This document shows, one piece after another, positions 1 through 11,720 of a stretch of DNA of 64,000 nucleotides. The DNA comes from Eledone cirrhosa (taxonomy: Eukaryota), in the NCBI GenBank assembly GCA_964016885.1, contig OZ024744.1, positions 60,636,001 through 60,700,000 on the forward strand, written 5' to 3'. The stretch's first letter is position 1; each line of letters opens with the position of its first letter. Made by a program: the position numbers and the translations under genes. The notes beneath the pieces were generated by a model. That model was given only the letters and a program-made list of their open reading frames with translations. It ran no database searches and was not told where the DNA came from.

Positions 1-707
1 GAGAACATATTTTAATGAAAGGACTGATAGAAAAATCTCAAAACAGTATAATCAATTGACCACATTTTGTTGCTTTAATGTGAAAGCCAAAAGTTGGACA
101 TTTGGTGTGGAGGAAGGGACTATGACCATAGTTTTCACAAACCTTCCAAGACTGGAAATTGATGTTATTGATCTTCCATTTAAACTGTTGCAAAATCTAA
201 ACTTTTGGAAAGACACAAATAGGAAGGACTGAATGAAATGGTTAGTATGAGGCCTGATGAGTTCCAGTGGACTGACATTCTAGACAAGAAGGATTGGGTG
301 TAATGGTTAGTGTGGAGTCATGAAGAAGAAGGGTCTGGACACAATATAAGTGATGAGAGACAACTGAGACACGAGACCAGTCAGCTCCAAGGATCATCAA
401 TTAAATACCTGTACTGTACCTACCAGCTTCCTAATTTGTAATGCAGAATTATTAGACCAAAAATATTCACTTAACTCATGAATGAACCGACAGAATTAAA
501 GCACCAGACAAAATGTCTTGCAACATTTTCCCCACTCTTCCCGTCCTCAGTCCAAATCTCACAAAAGGTCAATAAAATAAAGTACCAGTTAAATATTGGG
601 GTCATTTTAACATATAAGCAGAAAAATATCTAAAATTGGATCTGTTTTATAGCATTTATATTGGTGGACAAATTGCTGTAAAAATGCTTTTTCTAATATT
701 AATGTGA

Positions 708-1526
708 CTAGCAGAAAAACCACCCTTCATGTGGTTTTCTGCTAGCATGTGTAGTGTGTATATTGATATTATCGCAAGTATATATACACGTAGATATGAT
801 ACATCAAATAAAAGCGTAATTGACAATATACACAGAAATTGAACGAAGACTTGTTACACTGTCTTATGTAATCAGTAAAGTAATCCATGATACATTAAAA
901 AAAGGCGATATTATATATAAACTGCATTAGGAAAAAATTCAACATCATCATCAGGTCGAGCTTGCCCGGATTTCTACGACACGTTTCCTCCATCCATCTC
1001 TGTCTCTCATAGCGTTTGTCAGTTCTTCCGCAGTGCATCCAGTATCATCCTCAAGTTGCTTGACGTATGTCTTCTTGGGACGACCAGCGTTTCTTGCTCC
1101 ATGAGATGGGGAGCATTGAATGCAATGGAAAAGATATGGAAATCAAACCTGCCGGCCAAACTGAAAAGGAATTTCTTCAGAGCTGCTGTAGAGTGTGCTT
1201 GTTTATGGCTCTATCACTTGGACGCTAACGTCGAAACTGGAGAAAAAGCTAGACGGGGCATACACACGTATGCTCCGTGCTACTTTAAACGTGTCTTGGA
1301 GGGAAAAAATTAGTGACAGAAAATTAGTATGTTTATTTAGGTGATCACCAACCGGAAGTGAATTTTTAAATAAACAAAACATATTTAATCAGCCACGAAA
1401 TTTAGTAGATAAATTATGTAATATTCATTCATTATTTATTCAAAGTAATCCAACTTATTTTACTAATGGGATAAAAAATTATAAACTGTACGCAGTCCCG
1501 CACTCCTCCCTTTATTATAGTTTAGA
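708..1526 (-). mobile_element. Putative non-autonomous Helitron-like element, interrupted by a LINE fragment
   Basis: On the minus strand it starts A|TCTAAACTATAATAAA at 1526 and ends CTAG|T at 708. A terminal palindrome lies at 708-723/731-745. No coding remnant seen. Confidence 0.4.
930..1311 (-). mobile_element. 5'-truncated, 5'-inverted RTE-like LINE fragment with 10-bp TSD
   Basis: Minus ~1108-943 encodes HGARNAGRPKKTYVKQLEDDTG...MRDRDGWRKRV followed by a (TGA)n tail. Plus ~1107-1310 encodes the upstream C-terminal segment (KIWKS...FFRAAVE/YGS.TWTLT...LDGAYTRMLR). GGAAAAAATT occurs at 930-939 and 1302-1311. Confidence 0.8.
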
Positions 1527-2677
1527 TTTCATGTAGAACAGTAGAAACCAAATCTTCACCCAACATGTTAAGTGCCACATCAGCATTATATATAAACCCG
1601 TGTTACACACATCCCTTCATTCTTACAATGAATTGCAGAGGATGATGGTTCATTTGTTGAGGAAAGGTGAAAGTAATTGGAAAAGAGCAAAAGAAATGAA
1701 TGTGAAAGGGGTAGAAGAAAAAGAATACCAAGACATGACAAAAGATGGAGGAGAAAATGTAATGGTAAGAGGAGTTGGTTTGGGGATGTACAGGACAGGA
1801 GTGTAGAAATTTGTCGTAGGCCCTGCAAGATTAACTCCAATTTCAGCAGAGGAAATGGCTTTAAAATGCATGTGTACATATCATTTTTGAAGTATCACAC
1901 ACTAATATACAAAAACTCTAAAGAAAAACTATAAACCAACAACAAGGTCAATTGCTAATATATAGATACTGGTACACAATTGCTTTTCTGGCAACTAATG
2001 GTCCAACATCATTTCTAGTTCAGCAGGCAACCACTAGGAGGGGCATTGTGTGTCGTTGGCAATCGTCTGAATATCTTGGTATTGGTAGCTGCTTCAACTT
2101 TAGTGATTTGGAGAAATTCCTAACTTTTGCATACATTTATCCCTAGATTTTCATAAAAATTATTCTGGATAATCTTTTTTTTTTTTTAAAATCAAAAGTG
2201 GATATTAAATATTCACATGCAAGGTACTCACTCCTCTATGCTAATATAGACCAACTGGAAATATATATATATAAATCATCTTACCCGACATGAAAGACAA
2301 AAATATTTTACATTTTCACTTGGATGAATCCGACAAAACATTGGTTTCAGGAATTTAGGTCCATCCCCATTCTGCATATCTTCAAATGATATAACCTGAA
2401 ATAAAATTGGGGACAAAAATTCAAGTAAAAATTTTTTTCTCAGAATTCACAGTATGCTAACATTTTTAGTCATGTTATGATTTTTTAGTCATGTTATGAT
2501 TTTTAAGACAGGTTTAGCAGGCCTCCTACAAGTTTTATCTCATAGGTTGCGTGCTTTAATAAGGGTCCCACTTCTATCGCAAAAACCAATATGAAACAAA
2601 GCGTTTTACTTAATACAGTATGCAGCCCAGTACAGGAACAGAAACTATGACCATACTTATTAAACTCCATTATTTGA

Positions 2678-2771
2678 TTAACTTTGCCTTTCATCCTTAC
2701 GGGGTCGATAAAATAAAGTACCAGTAATACACTGGATTAATTGCTGGCCCTGTGCCAAATGTAGAAACAAT
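2678..2771 (+). mobile_element. SINE 3' fragment, same family as 11245-11437
   Basis: AACTTTGCCTTTCATCCTTACGGGGTCGATAAAATAAAGTACCAG matches the copies at ~11343 and ~13765. Confidence 0.6.
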
Positions 2772-3466
2772 TATTTGATTGCTAATTATTTTATCAAACA
2801 AAACCAGAACTTTGCATGATTTAAACTTAAAATGCACAAATAATTTCCAAATAAAATTATGCCATTTAATCATTTTGTCATCATATTTCTAATGCAATAC
2901 ACTATTTCAATTGTTTAATAAAGAATTTAGAGGGATTTACTAAAATTAATTATTTCTTCACTAAGATAGTAACTTAATAGATAATTCTATAAAATTGTCA
3001 GATTTTAATTTAAATATGAACCTTTATAAGAGAGGGAGATAGGTCTGGTAATCACAACATATTTCATTGTGCAACATTTTCACTGTTATATCCCTCATAA
3101 CAGTGCTTGTGTCACTATGGCAATGTATTGGGAGTTTTAATTGTGATATAACAATGTACAACAATCTGTATTATGGTGTAAAATTCCACTGCTTAACCAT
3201 TTAGCATTCACACTACTCTATATATACTATTATATTTTCATGGTAAAAGCTTTACCTCACATAATATCGAATCTATGAGATTTTGAAAGTATTTATTTTG
3301 AGAACAATACCTTAACATCAGTTTCAGCAACCAGTCACAGCCAGTTTCAACAGAAAGAGGTAGTGAATTCTGACTGGTTTTGGCCGGTTTGAACATTAAA
3401 GGGTTAAAGTGTCAATGATGGCTATATATACATTCAGGCTACTATGTCACTAATTAGTAAATTGAT

Positions 3467-3700
3467 ATGGCTTAGTGGTTAGAGCATTGGCCTTGCAATC
3501 GAAACGTTGTGAGTTCAATTCTCAGACCGGGTGATGTGTTGTTTCCTTGAGCAAGACACTTTATTTCACATTGCTCCAGTTTACTCACTGTAAATGAGGT
3601 TGGTGTTAGGAAGGGCATCCAGCTGTAGAAATCAAGCCAGAATCAGTTCCCGTCCCACCCTTGCAAGCAGGGAAAAGCGGACGTAAAATGATGATGATGA
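3467..3700 (+). mobile_element. tRNA-derived SINE with an RTE-derived 3' tail
   Basis: A-box TGGCTTAGTGG, B-box-like GAGTTCAATTC and core CCTTGAGCAAGACACTT. The last 40 nt plus (TGA)n are identical to the LINE end at 7176 onward. Confidence 0.85.
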
Positions 3701-4144
3701 TTAAATTTTAGAACACTAACAAGAGAGAAAAATGAACAGATACAAAAATAATGCTGTTTCCATTAAGCCTGACTTTCTTCTTATAATTATAACTAAGATT
3801 GAAAGCAGCAAATTGGCAGTGTCATTACAACATCAGGTAGAATATGTTTTGTGGTTATTAGTTCCAACTTTCTTCACAAGTTCAAATCCTGTTGAGGTCA
3901 CCTTTACCTTTCAAGGTAAATAAAGTACTATCTAACTATATCTTTCTCAGATCTGGAGAGAGATGGGTTCTATTAGGTTTAAATTGCCTAAGTACTCCAA
4001 GAGTTAGGATACATGCATGGATGGAAGACTATTAACATTTCATATCAATATTTTATAATTTGTAAGTAGGAATCTAAGGGCATCCAACCAGTGTATCAAT
4101 GCCAAAAAGCTTATCAGCACAGCAACAAAACAGCATAGAAAAAT

Positions 4145-7100
4145 ATGAAGACGTCGCATCTCAGAGTTGCAACACTTAATGTTGGCACTCTCAGAGGTAG
4201 ATCTGCTGAAATAGCGGAGATGCTGGAGAGAAGGCAGGTGGATGTGTGCTGCGTGCAAGAGGTGAGATGGAGAGGTGCCTCTGCGAGACTAGTCGTAGGC
4301 AAGCGTCTTAGCTATAAGCTATTCTGGGTAGGTAAGGATGATGGGTTAGGGGGAGTAGGCATTTTCCTGGCTGAGAAATGGATCAATAAGACAATAGAGG
4401 TAGTTCGAGTTAGTAATCGAATAATTAAGCTTAGATTAGTTGTAGGTAGGAGACTACTGACAATCATCTCGGTCTATGCTCCCCAAGCAGGCCTAGGCAA
4501 AGATGAGAAAGACTGCTTTTATGAGCAACTTTTGCAAACAACCACAATGACAGAGGACGGAGACATCGTTATGCTAGCAGGAGACTTCAATGGTCATGTT
4601 GGACAGCTCCAGGATGGTTACACTGGGGTACATGGTGGGCATGGTTACGGTTCAAGAAATGAAGAAGGAGTGAGACTTCTTGAATTTTGTGATGCAAGTA
4701 CATTGACTATTTGCAACACAAACTTCCAGAAACCTGCCAATCACCTAATAACCTACAAATCTGGTGAGCACATAAGCCAGATTGACTTCCTGCTAGTTAG
4801 GCAGCGGGACAGGCAGATAGTGTCTAATACCAAGGCATACCCTGGGGAAGAATGTACCCCACAGCATAGGTTAGTTGTTAGTGATATCTCAGTAAGCAAG
4901 AGATGGAATGAGCCATATAGGAAGGTGTGGAGAAGAAAGGTCTGGAAGCTAAAAGACCTTTCACTAAAATTCAAATTTAGGAAAGCCCTTCAAGATGTAT
5001 ATGACGAAAAAGAAGACGATTTAGAGACGTATGACATAGATAATAACTGGAAGTTCTTACGTGACAACTTGCTGAAGGCTACTGATGAAACCTGTGGCTG
5101 GAGCAGAGCTCCAACCAGACAGAGAGTGACCTGGTGGTGGAACAGCAGTGTAGATAAGGCTATTAGAGACAAAAGACTAGCATGGAAGGCTTGGAATAAG
5201 GGTGGGAGTAGGGAAGAATATACAGCCACTAAGAGAGAAGCTAGACATCAGGTGTACTTAGCACGCAGGGAGGCAGAGAGTAGGAGGTTTGCCAATGTTC
5301 TGCGACGGGAAGATCAGAGGCGTGCGGTGTTCCACATTGCAAGGCAGTGTGTCAATGCAAATCAGGATGTTGTTGGTGATAAATGTGTCCGGGATGATGC
5401 CGGTGTACTTAGTGTCACGAATGACCAGAAAAAGGAGGCCTGGAAATGTCATTATGAGAGACTGATGAATGTGGAGAACGAATGGGAGAGAGAGAAATTA
5501 CCCTTGGTAGATCCGACAGAGGGACCAGCTATTGAGATTGACGAATATAGGGTCCAAGAGGCGATTAGGGAAATGAAAAATGGTAAGGCGGCCGGACCAT
5601 CGGGAATAGTTGCTGAGATGCTGAAGGCATCAAGGGACGTAGGCACTAAACTGGTTGCACGCATAATCAATCAGGCTATATATGGTGGTGTCACACCCAA
5701 AGACTGGTGCAGCAGTATTCTCATAAATTGCTACAAAGGTAAAGGGGATGCTTTGGAGAGGAGCAATTATAGGGGTATAAAACTGATAGATCAGGTTATG
5801 AAAGTGGCAGAAAGGATTTTAGCACAACTAATTAGAGAAAGGGTCAAACTAGATGAGATGCAGTTTGGTTTTGTGCCTGGGAAGAGTACAACAGATGCCT
5901 TCTTCTTGGTGAGACAAATGCAAGAGAGGTTCTTAGAGAAGAATAAGCCACTATACTTGGCCTTTGTTGACCTAGAGAAGGCCTTTGATAGGGTACCCCG
6001 ATCTGTCATCTGGTGGTCCCTAAGGAAGCTGGGTGTTGAGGAATGGCTTGTAAGGACAGTGCAAACTTTGTACAGAGGTACTCTCAGTAAAGTCAGGGTA
6101 GGTATGGAGTTTAGTGAGGAATTCCAGATACAAGTAGGAGTACATCAGGGTTCGGTCCTCAGCCCGCTCTTGTTCATTATAGTCCTCCAAGCCATAACAG
6201 AGGAGTTTAAGACTGGCTGTCCATGGGAACTTCTCTATGCTGACGATCTGGCTCTTATGGCAGAATCAGTAGAGGAGCTAGAGAATAAATTCCGGCTATG
6301 GAAACAGCAGTTGGAAGCAAGAGGACTGAGAGTAAATCTAGCTAAGACAAAAGTGTTGATGAGTAGAAAAGAGGACAAAACCCTGATTCCGTCAGGGAAA
6401 TGGCCATGTTCGATATGCAGAAAAGGAACTGGCATAAATTCTATAAAATGCACACAATGTAGGTCCTGGGTACACAAGAGATGTAGCGGGATAGCAGGCA
6501 AACTAACAGGTAGGGAGAAATATGTATGCAGTAGATGTACAGGGAAATTAGATAGTAGAAGTCGCACTGATAGACACATTTTTCAAATGCGAGAGGGCGC
6601 TATAGAAGTGGTGGATAGCTTCCGGTACCTAGGAGATCAGATTAGCAGGGGAGGAGGGTGTTCCGAGGCCATAGTATCTAGAATAAGGACGGGTTGGAAG
6701 AAGTTTAGGGAGCTGCTTCCTCTGTTGACGAAGAAGGGTTTCTCCCTGCGTACGAAAGGCCGGTTGTATGATGCCTGTGTGAGGAGCGCGATGCTGCATG
6801 GTAGTGAGACATGGGCAGCAACCGCAGAAGATATGCGACGGCTGGAGAGAAATGAGGCAAGCATGCTCCGTTGGATGTGCAGTGTAAATGTGCGTGAACG
6901 ACCCAGCATAAATGTGTTGAGAGAGAAACTGTGTCTGAGAGGGATAGAATGTAGTGTACGGGAGAGGAGACTGAGGTGGTATGGACATGTGATGCGCATG
7001 GAGGATGACCGATGGGTGAAGAAGTGCCAGGAAATGCCAGTTGAAGGAAGACGTAGTAGAGGTAGACCACGAAAAACATGGGCGGAGGTGGTGAGAACAG

Positions 7101-7213
7101 ACCTCAGATCATTGAAGCTCACGGTGGAGATGACGAGGGACCGTGACGAGTGGAGAGATGCTGTGCTGAATAAGACCCGTCCCACCCTTGCAAGCAGGGA
7201 AAAGCGGACGTAA
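4145..7213 (+). CDS. RTE-clade LINE ORF: AP endonuclease + reverse transcriptase with an internal PHD finger (1022 aa, uninterrupted)
   Basis: EN motifs TLNV, QE, VYAP, GDFNGH, IDF. RT motifs QFGF, FVDLEKAFD, GVHQGSVLSP, YADD, FRYLG. C-terminus RRLRWYGH, RGRPRKTW. Confidence 0.95.
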   Translation: MKTSHLRVATLNVGTLRGRSAEIAEMLERRQVDVCCVQEVRWRGASARLVVGKRLSYKLFWVGKDDGLGGVGIFLAEKWINKTIEVVRVSNRIIKLRLVVGRRLLTIISVYAPQAGLGKDEKDCFYEQLLQTTTMTEDGDIVMLAGDFNGHVGQLQDGYTGVHGGHGYGSRNEEGVRLLEFCDASTLTICNTNFQKPANHLITYKSGEHISQIDFLLVRQRDRQIVSNTKAYPGEECTPQHRLVVSDISVSKRWNEPYRKVWRRKVWKLKDLSLKFKFRKALQDVYDEKEDDLETYDIDNNWKFLRDNLLKATDETCGWSRAPTRQRVTWWWNSSVDKAIRDKRLAWKAWNKGGSREEYTATKREARHQVYLARREAESRRFANVLRREDQRRAVFHIARQCVNANQDVVGDKCVRDDAGVLSVTNDQKKEAWKCHYERLMNVENEWEREKLPLVDPTEGPAIEIDEYRVQEAIREMKNGKAAGPSGIVAEMLKASRDVGTKLVARIINQAIYGGVTPKDWCSSILINCYKGKGDALERSNYRGIKLIDQVMKVAERILAQLIRERVKLDEMQFGFVPGKSTTDAFFLVRQMQERFLEKNKPLYLAFVDLEKAFDRVPRSVIWWSLRKLGVEEWLVRTVQTLYRGTLSKVRVGMEFSEEFQIQVGVHQGSVLSPLLFIIVLQAITEEFKTGCPWELLYADDLALMAESVEELENKFRLWKQQLEARGLRVNLAKTKVLMSRKEDKTLIPSGKWPCSICRKGTGINSIKCTQCRSWVHKRCSGIAGKLTGREKYVCSRCTGKLDSRSRTDRHIFQMREGAIEVVDSFRYLGDQISRGGGCSEAIVSRIRTGWKKFRELLPLLTKKGFSLRTKGRLYDACVRSAMLHGSETWAATAEDMRRLERNEASMLRWMCSVNVRERPSINVLREKLCLRGIECSVRERRLRWYGHVMRMEDDRWVKKCQEMPVEGRRSRGRPRKTWAEVVRTDLRSLKLTVEMTRDRDEWRDAVLNKTRPTLASREKRT

Positions 7214-7239
7214 AATGATGATGATGATGATGATGATGA
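4145..7239 (+). mobile_element. Young RTE LINE, coding-complete, probably lacking its 5' UTR
   Basis: Intact ORF followed immediately by a (TGA)n tail. Base composition shifts sharply to AT-rich on both sides. Confidence 0.93.
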
Positions 7240-8247
7240 ATCATAGATTAAAATGGAGAAAAAAAAACACAAAGACAAATGAAAGGAAGTAACTTTAAGC
7301 AACCATTCAATTGGCTTTATTTCTATGTAAATAAGATATATTTATATTTGTGTAAAATAGCAAAGATCACAGCTTCAAATGCTTATAAAACACCTCTTGA
7401 ATATACACCAAAGACTTCTATAAAATATTTTTGTCTGTTAGCGTGTGTATATATATATGTGTGTGTATATGTATGTATATAGTGTGTGCGTACTGGCTGC
7501 TCATGTTGATGTTAAGGTATTGTTCTCAAAATAAATAATATCAAAATCTCAGATTCGATATTATGTGAGATAAAGCCTTTAGTGTGAAAATATAGTAATA
7601 GTTAACTAAAGGGTTAACATAATGTCCAGATATTTTGACAACTGAGTAATAATGTTGACAGAGTTGACATATAAATATGGTTAAAAATAGTCTAAAAAGA
7701 TTAAACCTTTTGATACAAACCCAACCCAAACCACCTCTGGTTCTATGAAACCAACCATTTCAAAGAAATTCCAATTTAAATTAACATTTTCCAAATAATT
7801 TGAATCCCTTTAAGTTAATGTTACAAATGATAATCTTCAATTATTTGGAATATATGTTATAAATCAAAATGTATGAAACTTTTAATTTATGTTACAAATA
7901 CTATCATAAAATAATTTCAGTGAACCCCTTTCAAATTCTTATTTGAAATATTGTGTATTTTATTAGAAATTAACCATATATCCATTGGAAGTCACTGATT
8001 TTCAAATAATTTCAAAAAAATAACCCAGAATTTGAAAAGATTTAGTAATATAACTTTCTTGTTATTATGCTACTGTTTGGGAACATAGAACTTTGACAGA
8101 AGGTTTTTAAATAAATGTAAACATTAAAATAAACATTACCCTATTGTAAAACCCGGATCAATTCCGAATGATTTGGTCTCAATGGAGTTAATTTTAATAC
8201 ATTTTAATTCATTAGAAATATGGGGAGGAAATGGTTGGAATATTTAC

Positions 8248-8685
8248 CTTGTGATCTTCAAAACATCTCATGTATTGGTGAGCAGACACACAATGGGGGC
8301 AGAGGAAATTGGCACAATCAGAACATCTTGCAATGGCCTTCTCTTTGGCTTTACAGCTGGTACATACAATGGGGTCATCATCGGCCAGGTCAACCTCCAG
8401 CATGTCGGATATGACATCGTCTGACGGTAGGTTTTCCACACCTTTTGCAGAAATCCTTGTTGCTTGGGAACACACAGTGCATTCGATCAGGTCAGGGATG
8501 GTACCTGTTCTGTTGTTGACCTCATCCACTGTACTCTGCAGACATTCTTGGCAGAAAACATGTAAGCAGTCAAGTACTTTGGGTTGTTTAAGCTTTTTCT
8601 CGCAGTTTCTGCACAAGTTTTCTTCATTTGGTACCGGGGATGAGTTAATAGGAGACGAAGCAGCAGAGAGCACTTCATTAGCCAT
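8248..8685 (-). CDS. mei-P26: First coding exon (RING + B-box 1) of a TRIM-NHL protein, mei-P26/brat family; exon spans 8248-8730 including 45 nt of 5' UTR
   Basis: C3HC4 RING CRNC...CLHVFCQEC...CTVC and B-box CTSCKAKEKAIARCSDCANFLC...HQYMRCFEDH, which I recognise as mei-P26/brat-like rather than TIF1-like. Acceptor tttcag| at 8731 and donor AAG|GTAAAT at 8248/8247 (phase 0). In-frame stops lie upstream of the ATG. Orthology is from memory of the motif. Confidence 0.8.
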
Positions 8686-9176
8686 GACTGACTTTTTATT
8701 TTACTTTTAAACTATATAAGTTGGCACAACCTGAAATTGAAACAAAATAAAAATGAAACTATTTCTTGTAAAATAATTTTCTACGATTTAATTAATAAGC
8801 CTCTAACGTGATAGGACTGGAGAACCCTATCATTAAAACACATGAGAAACTTACTAAGAGGGCTAGCTAAAATTTGCATAGGTTCTGAACTGTATATTTC
8901 AAAATTGTCAATATTAAAAAAAATGAATTAATGGGGCACGAAAATATACACGAGATAAAATGTGGAAAACTTAAAACAAAAAAGTTTTGTTATCATTATT
9001 ATACATACAAACAAACAAACAGTCCGTTATAAAGACATGCGGAATTTTTATAAAGTATTTTTAAGCAGTAACAATTTACAAGGTTGAAATATTAACATGG
9101 AAATGGATTAGAGGGAAAGACAGGAATCGGGCGTCTGTAGCGTTCTATTCAAAAAGTAATAAACACGTTTTACTGG

Positions 9177-9560
<384 letters not shown>

Positions 9561-10628
9561 CATACACATAGTTGTATATACAAGGAGTGCAAATATCCAC
9601 AATACGTATACATAAAGATGAATTATGTTCGCAATACGAAGTTTTTATATATATATATATATATTATAATAATAATGTCTCAGCGAATTCATCTCATATT
9701 TACCAAATGGCAAAATCAAAATTGAAAATAAAATAAAAAATGACAATAATAAGTAAAGAGATTATTAAAATACCTGTCTTGTCTTGTATGCTATATTATT
9801 AAATTACCTGTCTTGTCATGTAATGTTTCTTTTGCCCGACGTAGATTAAGTTTTAGAAAAATAACGTTATATTTATGCTTCATGTTAGTGAAAGCCTATT
9901 TACGAATATATTTATATATATATATATATAATGAAATTTATGGAATAAATTCCTTGTCTACATAAACACATTGAGCTTTGTATAGACTATTTGGCAATCA
10001 TACATACTCTTTTATATAGCTCTCTATATGCAAATAGTTATATTTTTTACCCTTGCTATGTATTTATATCCTATATATATATAGTGCATATATACACATC
10101 GAGTATTGTTATATTATATACACATATGTGTGTGAGTTATGTACGCGTGTGTGTGTGTGTGCATTTTTATATACCTGGTGGTTAAGTAGCTGGCTTAAAG
10201 TAAAAAAAACAATCGTCGAAGATAAAGACGAAGACACCAACACCACAACCAACATCAAGCTGACATGGTGGTGATTGTTTTTTTAAAGATCGATTATCAC
10301 CAACACTATCTTTTATCTCTATAAAAATTAGCAAACGATTCTTAACTTGTCGTTTCGAATTTTTAGTTTTAATTTTCAATAATGTTTCTATCGATTTAAT
10401 GGCAGTTGGAGAACATATAGATATATCTTCTTTAAATATCTTGCACACAATAATTATGTTCCCACAAACTTTGAGATTGTTTATAGATACGATATATTAT
10501 GATATGTTGGATAATATTGATTGATTGATCACGTCATGTCTGCAAAGAAAAAATATGTATTTCTGTATATACAAGCAGACATATATACATGCATATATAT
10601 ACATACATATACACACAACACATGTACA

Positions 10629-10666
<38 letters not shown>

Positions 10667-11244
10667 TTCTTGCGTAGTAAATACAGAACATGTATTTAGA
10701 TAGATATGTTTCTTTATTAGCCACATAGATAGATATATACTAATACATACATACAAAGTTGTGCCAATGTGTGTTTGGCGATTAAAATCGATCTAGTTTG
10801 TATATTACTGGCGATTAATTTATTAAAGCCAACCAAGATATAAAAATTTCATGTCGAGCAAGACAAAATATTCCGTATATGCGTATGTGTTTGTAAATAA
10901 ATGCACTAAGCATGTACTAAATGAAGGAGGGTTTATATCTATCAAAATATTTTTAGCGACTGTTTACTTACAAGTGTGCGCGCGTATATACTGTTTGCGT
11001 GTATAAATCAGTAAAAGATTTCTACCAGTGATGATTTAACTAACCTATCTCTAAAGTTATTTCTGCAAGATATTTTAGCAAAACCTCGTTTACTACAAAA
11101 ATTGCATCACGTTCATTAATAGTGAAAAAGAAAACTGGGTCAATGTTGAAAACCGATTTATAAATCATCTCTAAATTTTATTTATTTATCATCTATATAT
11201 AAAAGGTGGCATAAATCTCTACACTTCATTACTACACGCTCGAA

Positions 11245-11437
11245 AGGTGGTGGACTGACAGTATCGGTAGAGGGTCGGACGCCATGATTTACAGCGTAGA
11301 GTTGTGGCCCTTTACGATCTGAGTTCAAATCCCGCCAAGGCTAACTTTGCCTTTCATCCTTACGGGGTCAATAAAATAAAGCACCAGTAATGCACTGGGA
11401 TAATTGCTGGCCTTGTACCAAATATAGAAACAATCAT
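11245..11437 (+). mobile_element. Full-length tRNA-derived SINE with 12-bp TSD
   Basis: TACACGCTCGAA at 11233-11244 and 11438-11449. B-box-like GAGTTCAAATCCC. Confidence 0.8.
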
Positions 11438-11449
11438 TACACGCTCGAA

Positions 11450-11720
11450 CGCAGAATGGTTTAACTGTTCGCTTCGCAATCATAAGGCCCTGGGTTCGAT
11501 ACCATTGGACCCATGAATTGATTTGAAACCGTTTCGAAACTTGTATGGACAATACATGTAATTGAAACGGTTAGCTTCGTCGCCTAGTGTGTCACGCTGA
11601 ATCTTTGATAATTACTTTCAATGGACACATGTTTCTATGGAATACCATTTACACGCTAATTTCAAAAGTAGGCAGATCAGTTTATTGAATAACTGGAAAA
11701 CTTATCGTCGAAACGGATGG
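11450..11720 (+). mobile_element. Older tRNA-headed SINE remnant (3' limit approximate)
   Basis: GCAGAATGGTT...GGGTTCGATACC A/B-box-like head. Confidence 0.45.

Noticed and set aside
3467-3535. tRNA gene
   Set aside because: No clean cloverleaf, and it continues into a SINE body and LINE tail. The same applies at ~11451.
4753-7302. Minus-strand ORFs over the RTE element (and similar ones over the CR1 and CRE elements)
   Set aside because: Antisense shadows of coding sequence with no recognisable motifs.
8212-8247. ORF extension VNIPTISSPYF
   Set aside because: Read-through past the GT donor at 8247 into the intron.
8248-8685. TRIM33/TIF1 assignment
   Set aside because: The B-box (ARCSDCANFLC...HQYMRCF) fits mei-P26/brat as I recall them, not the TIF1 pattern.
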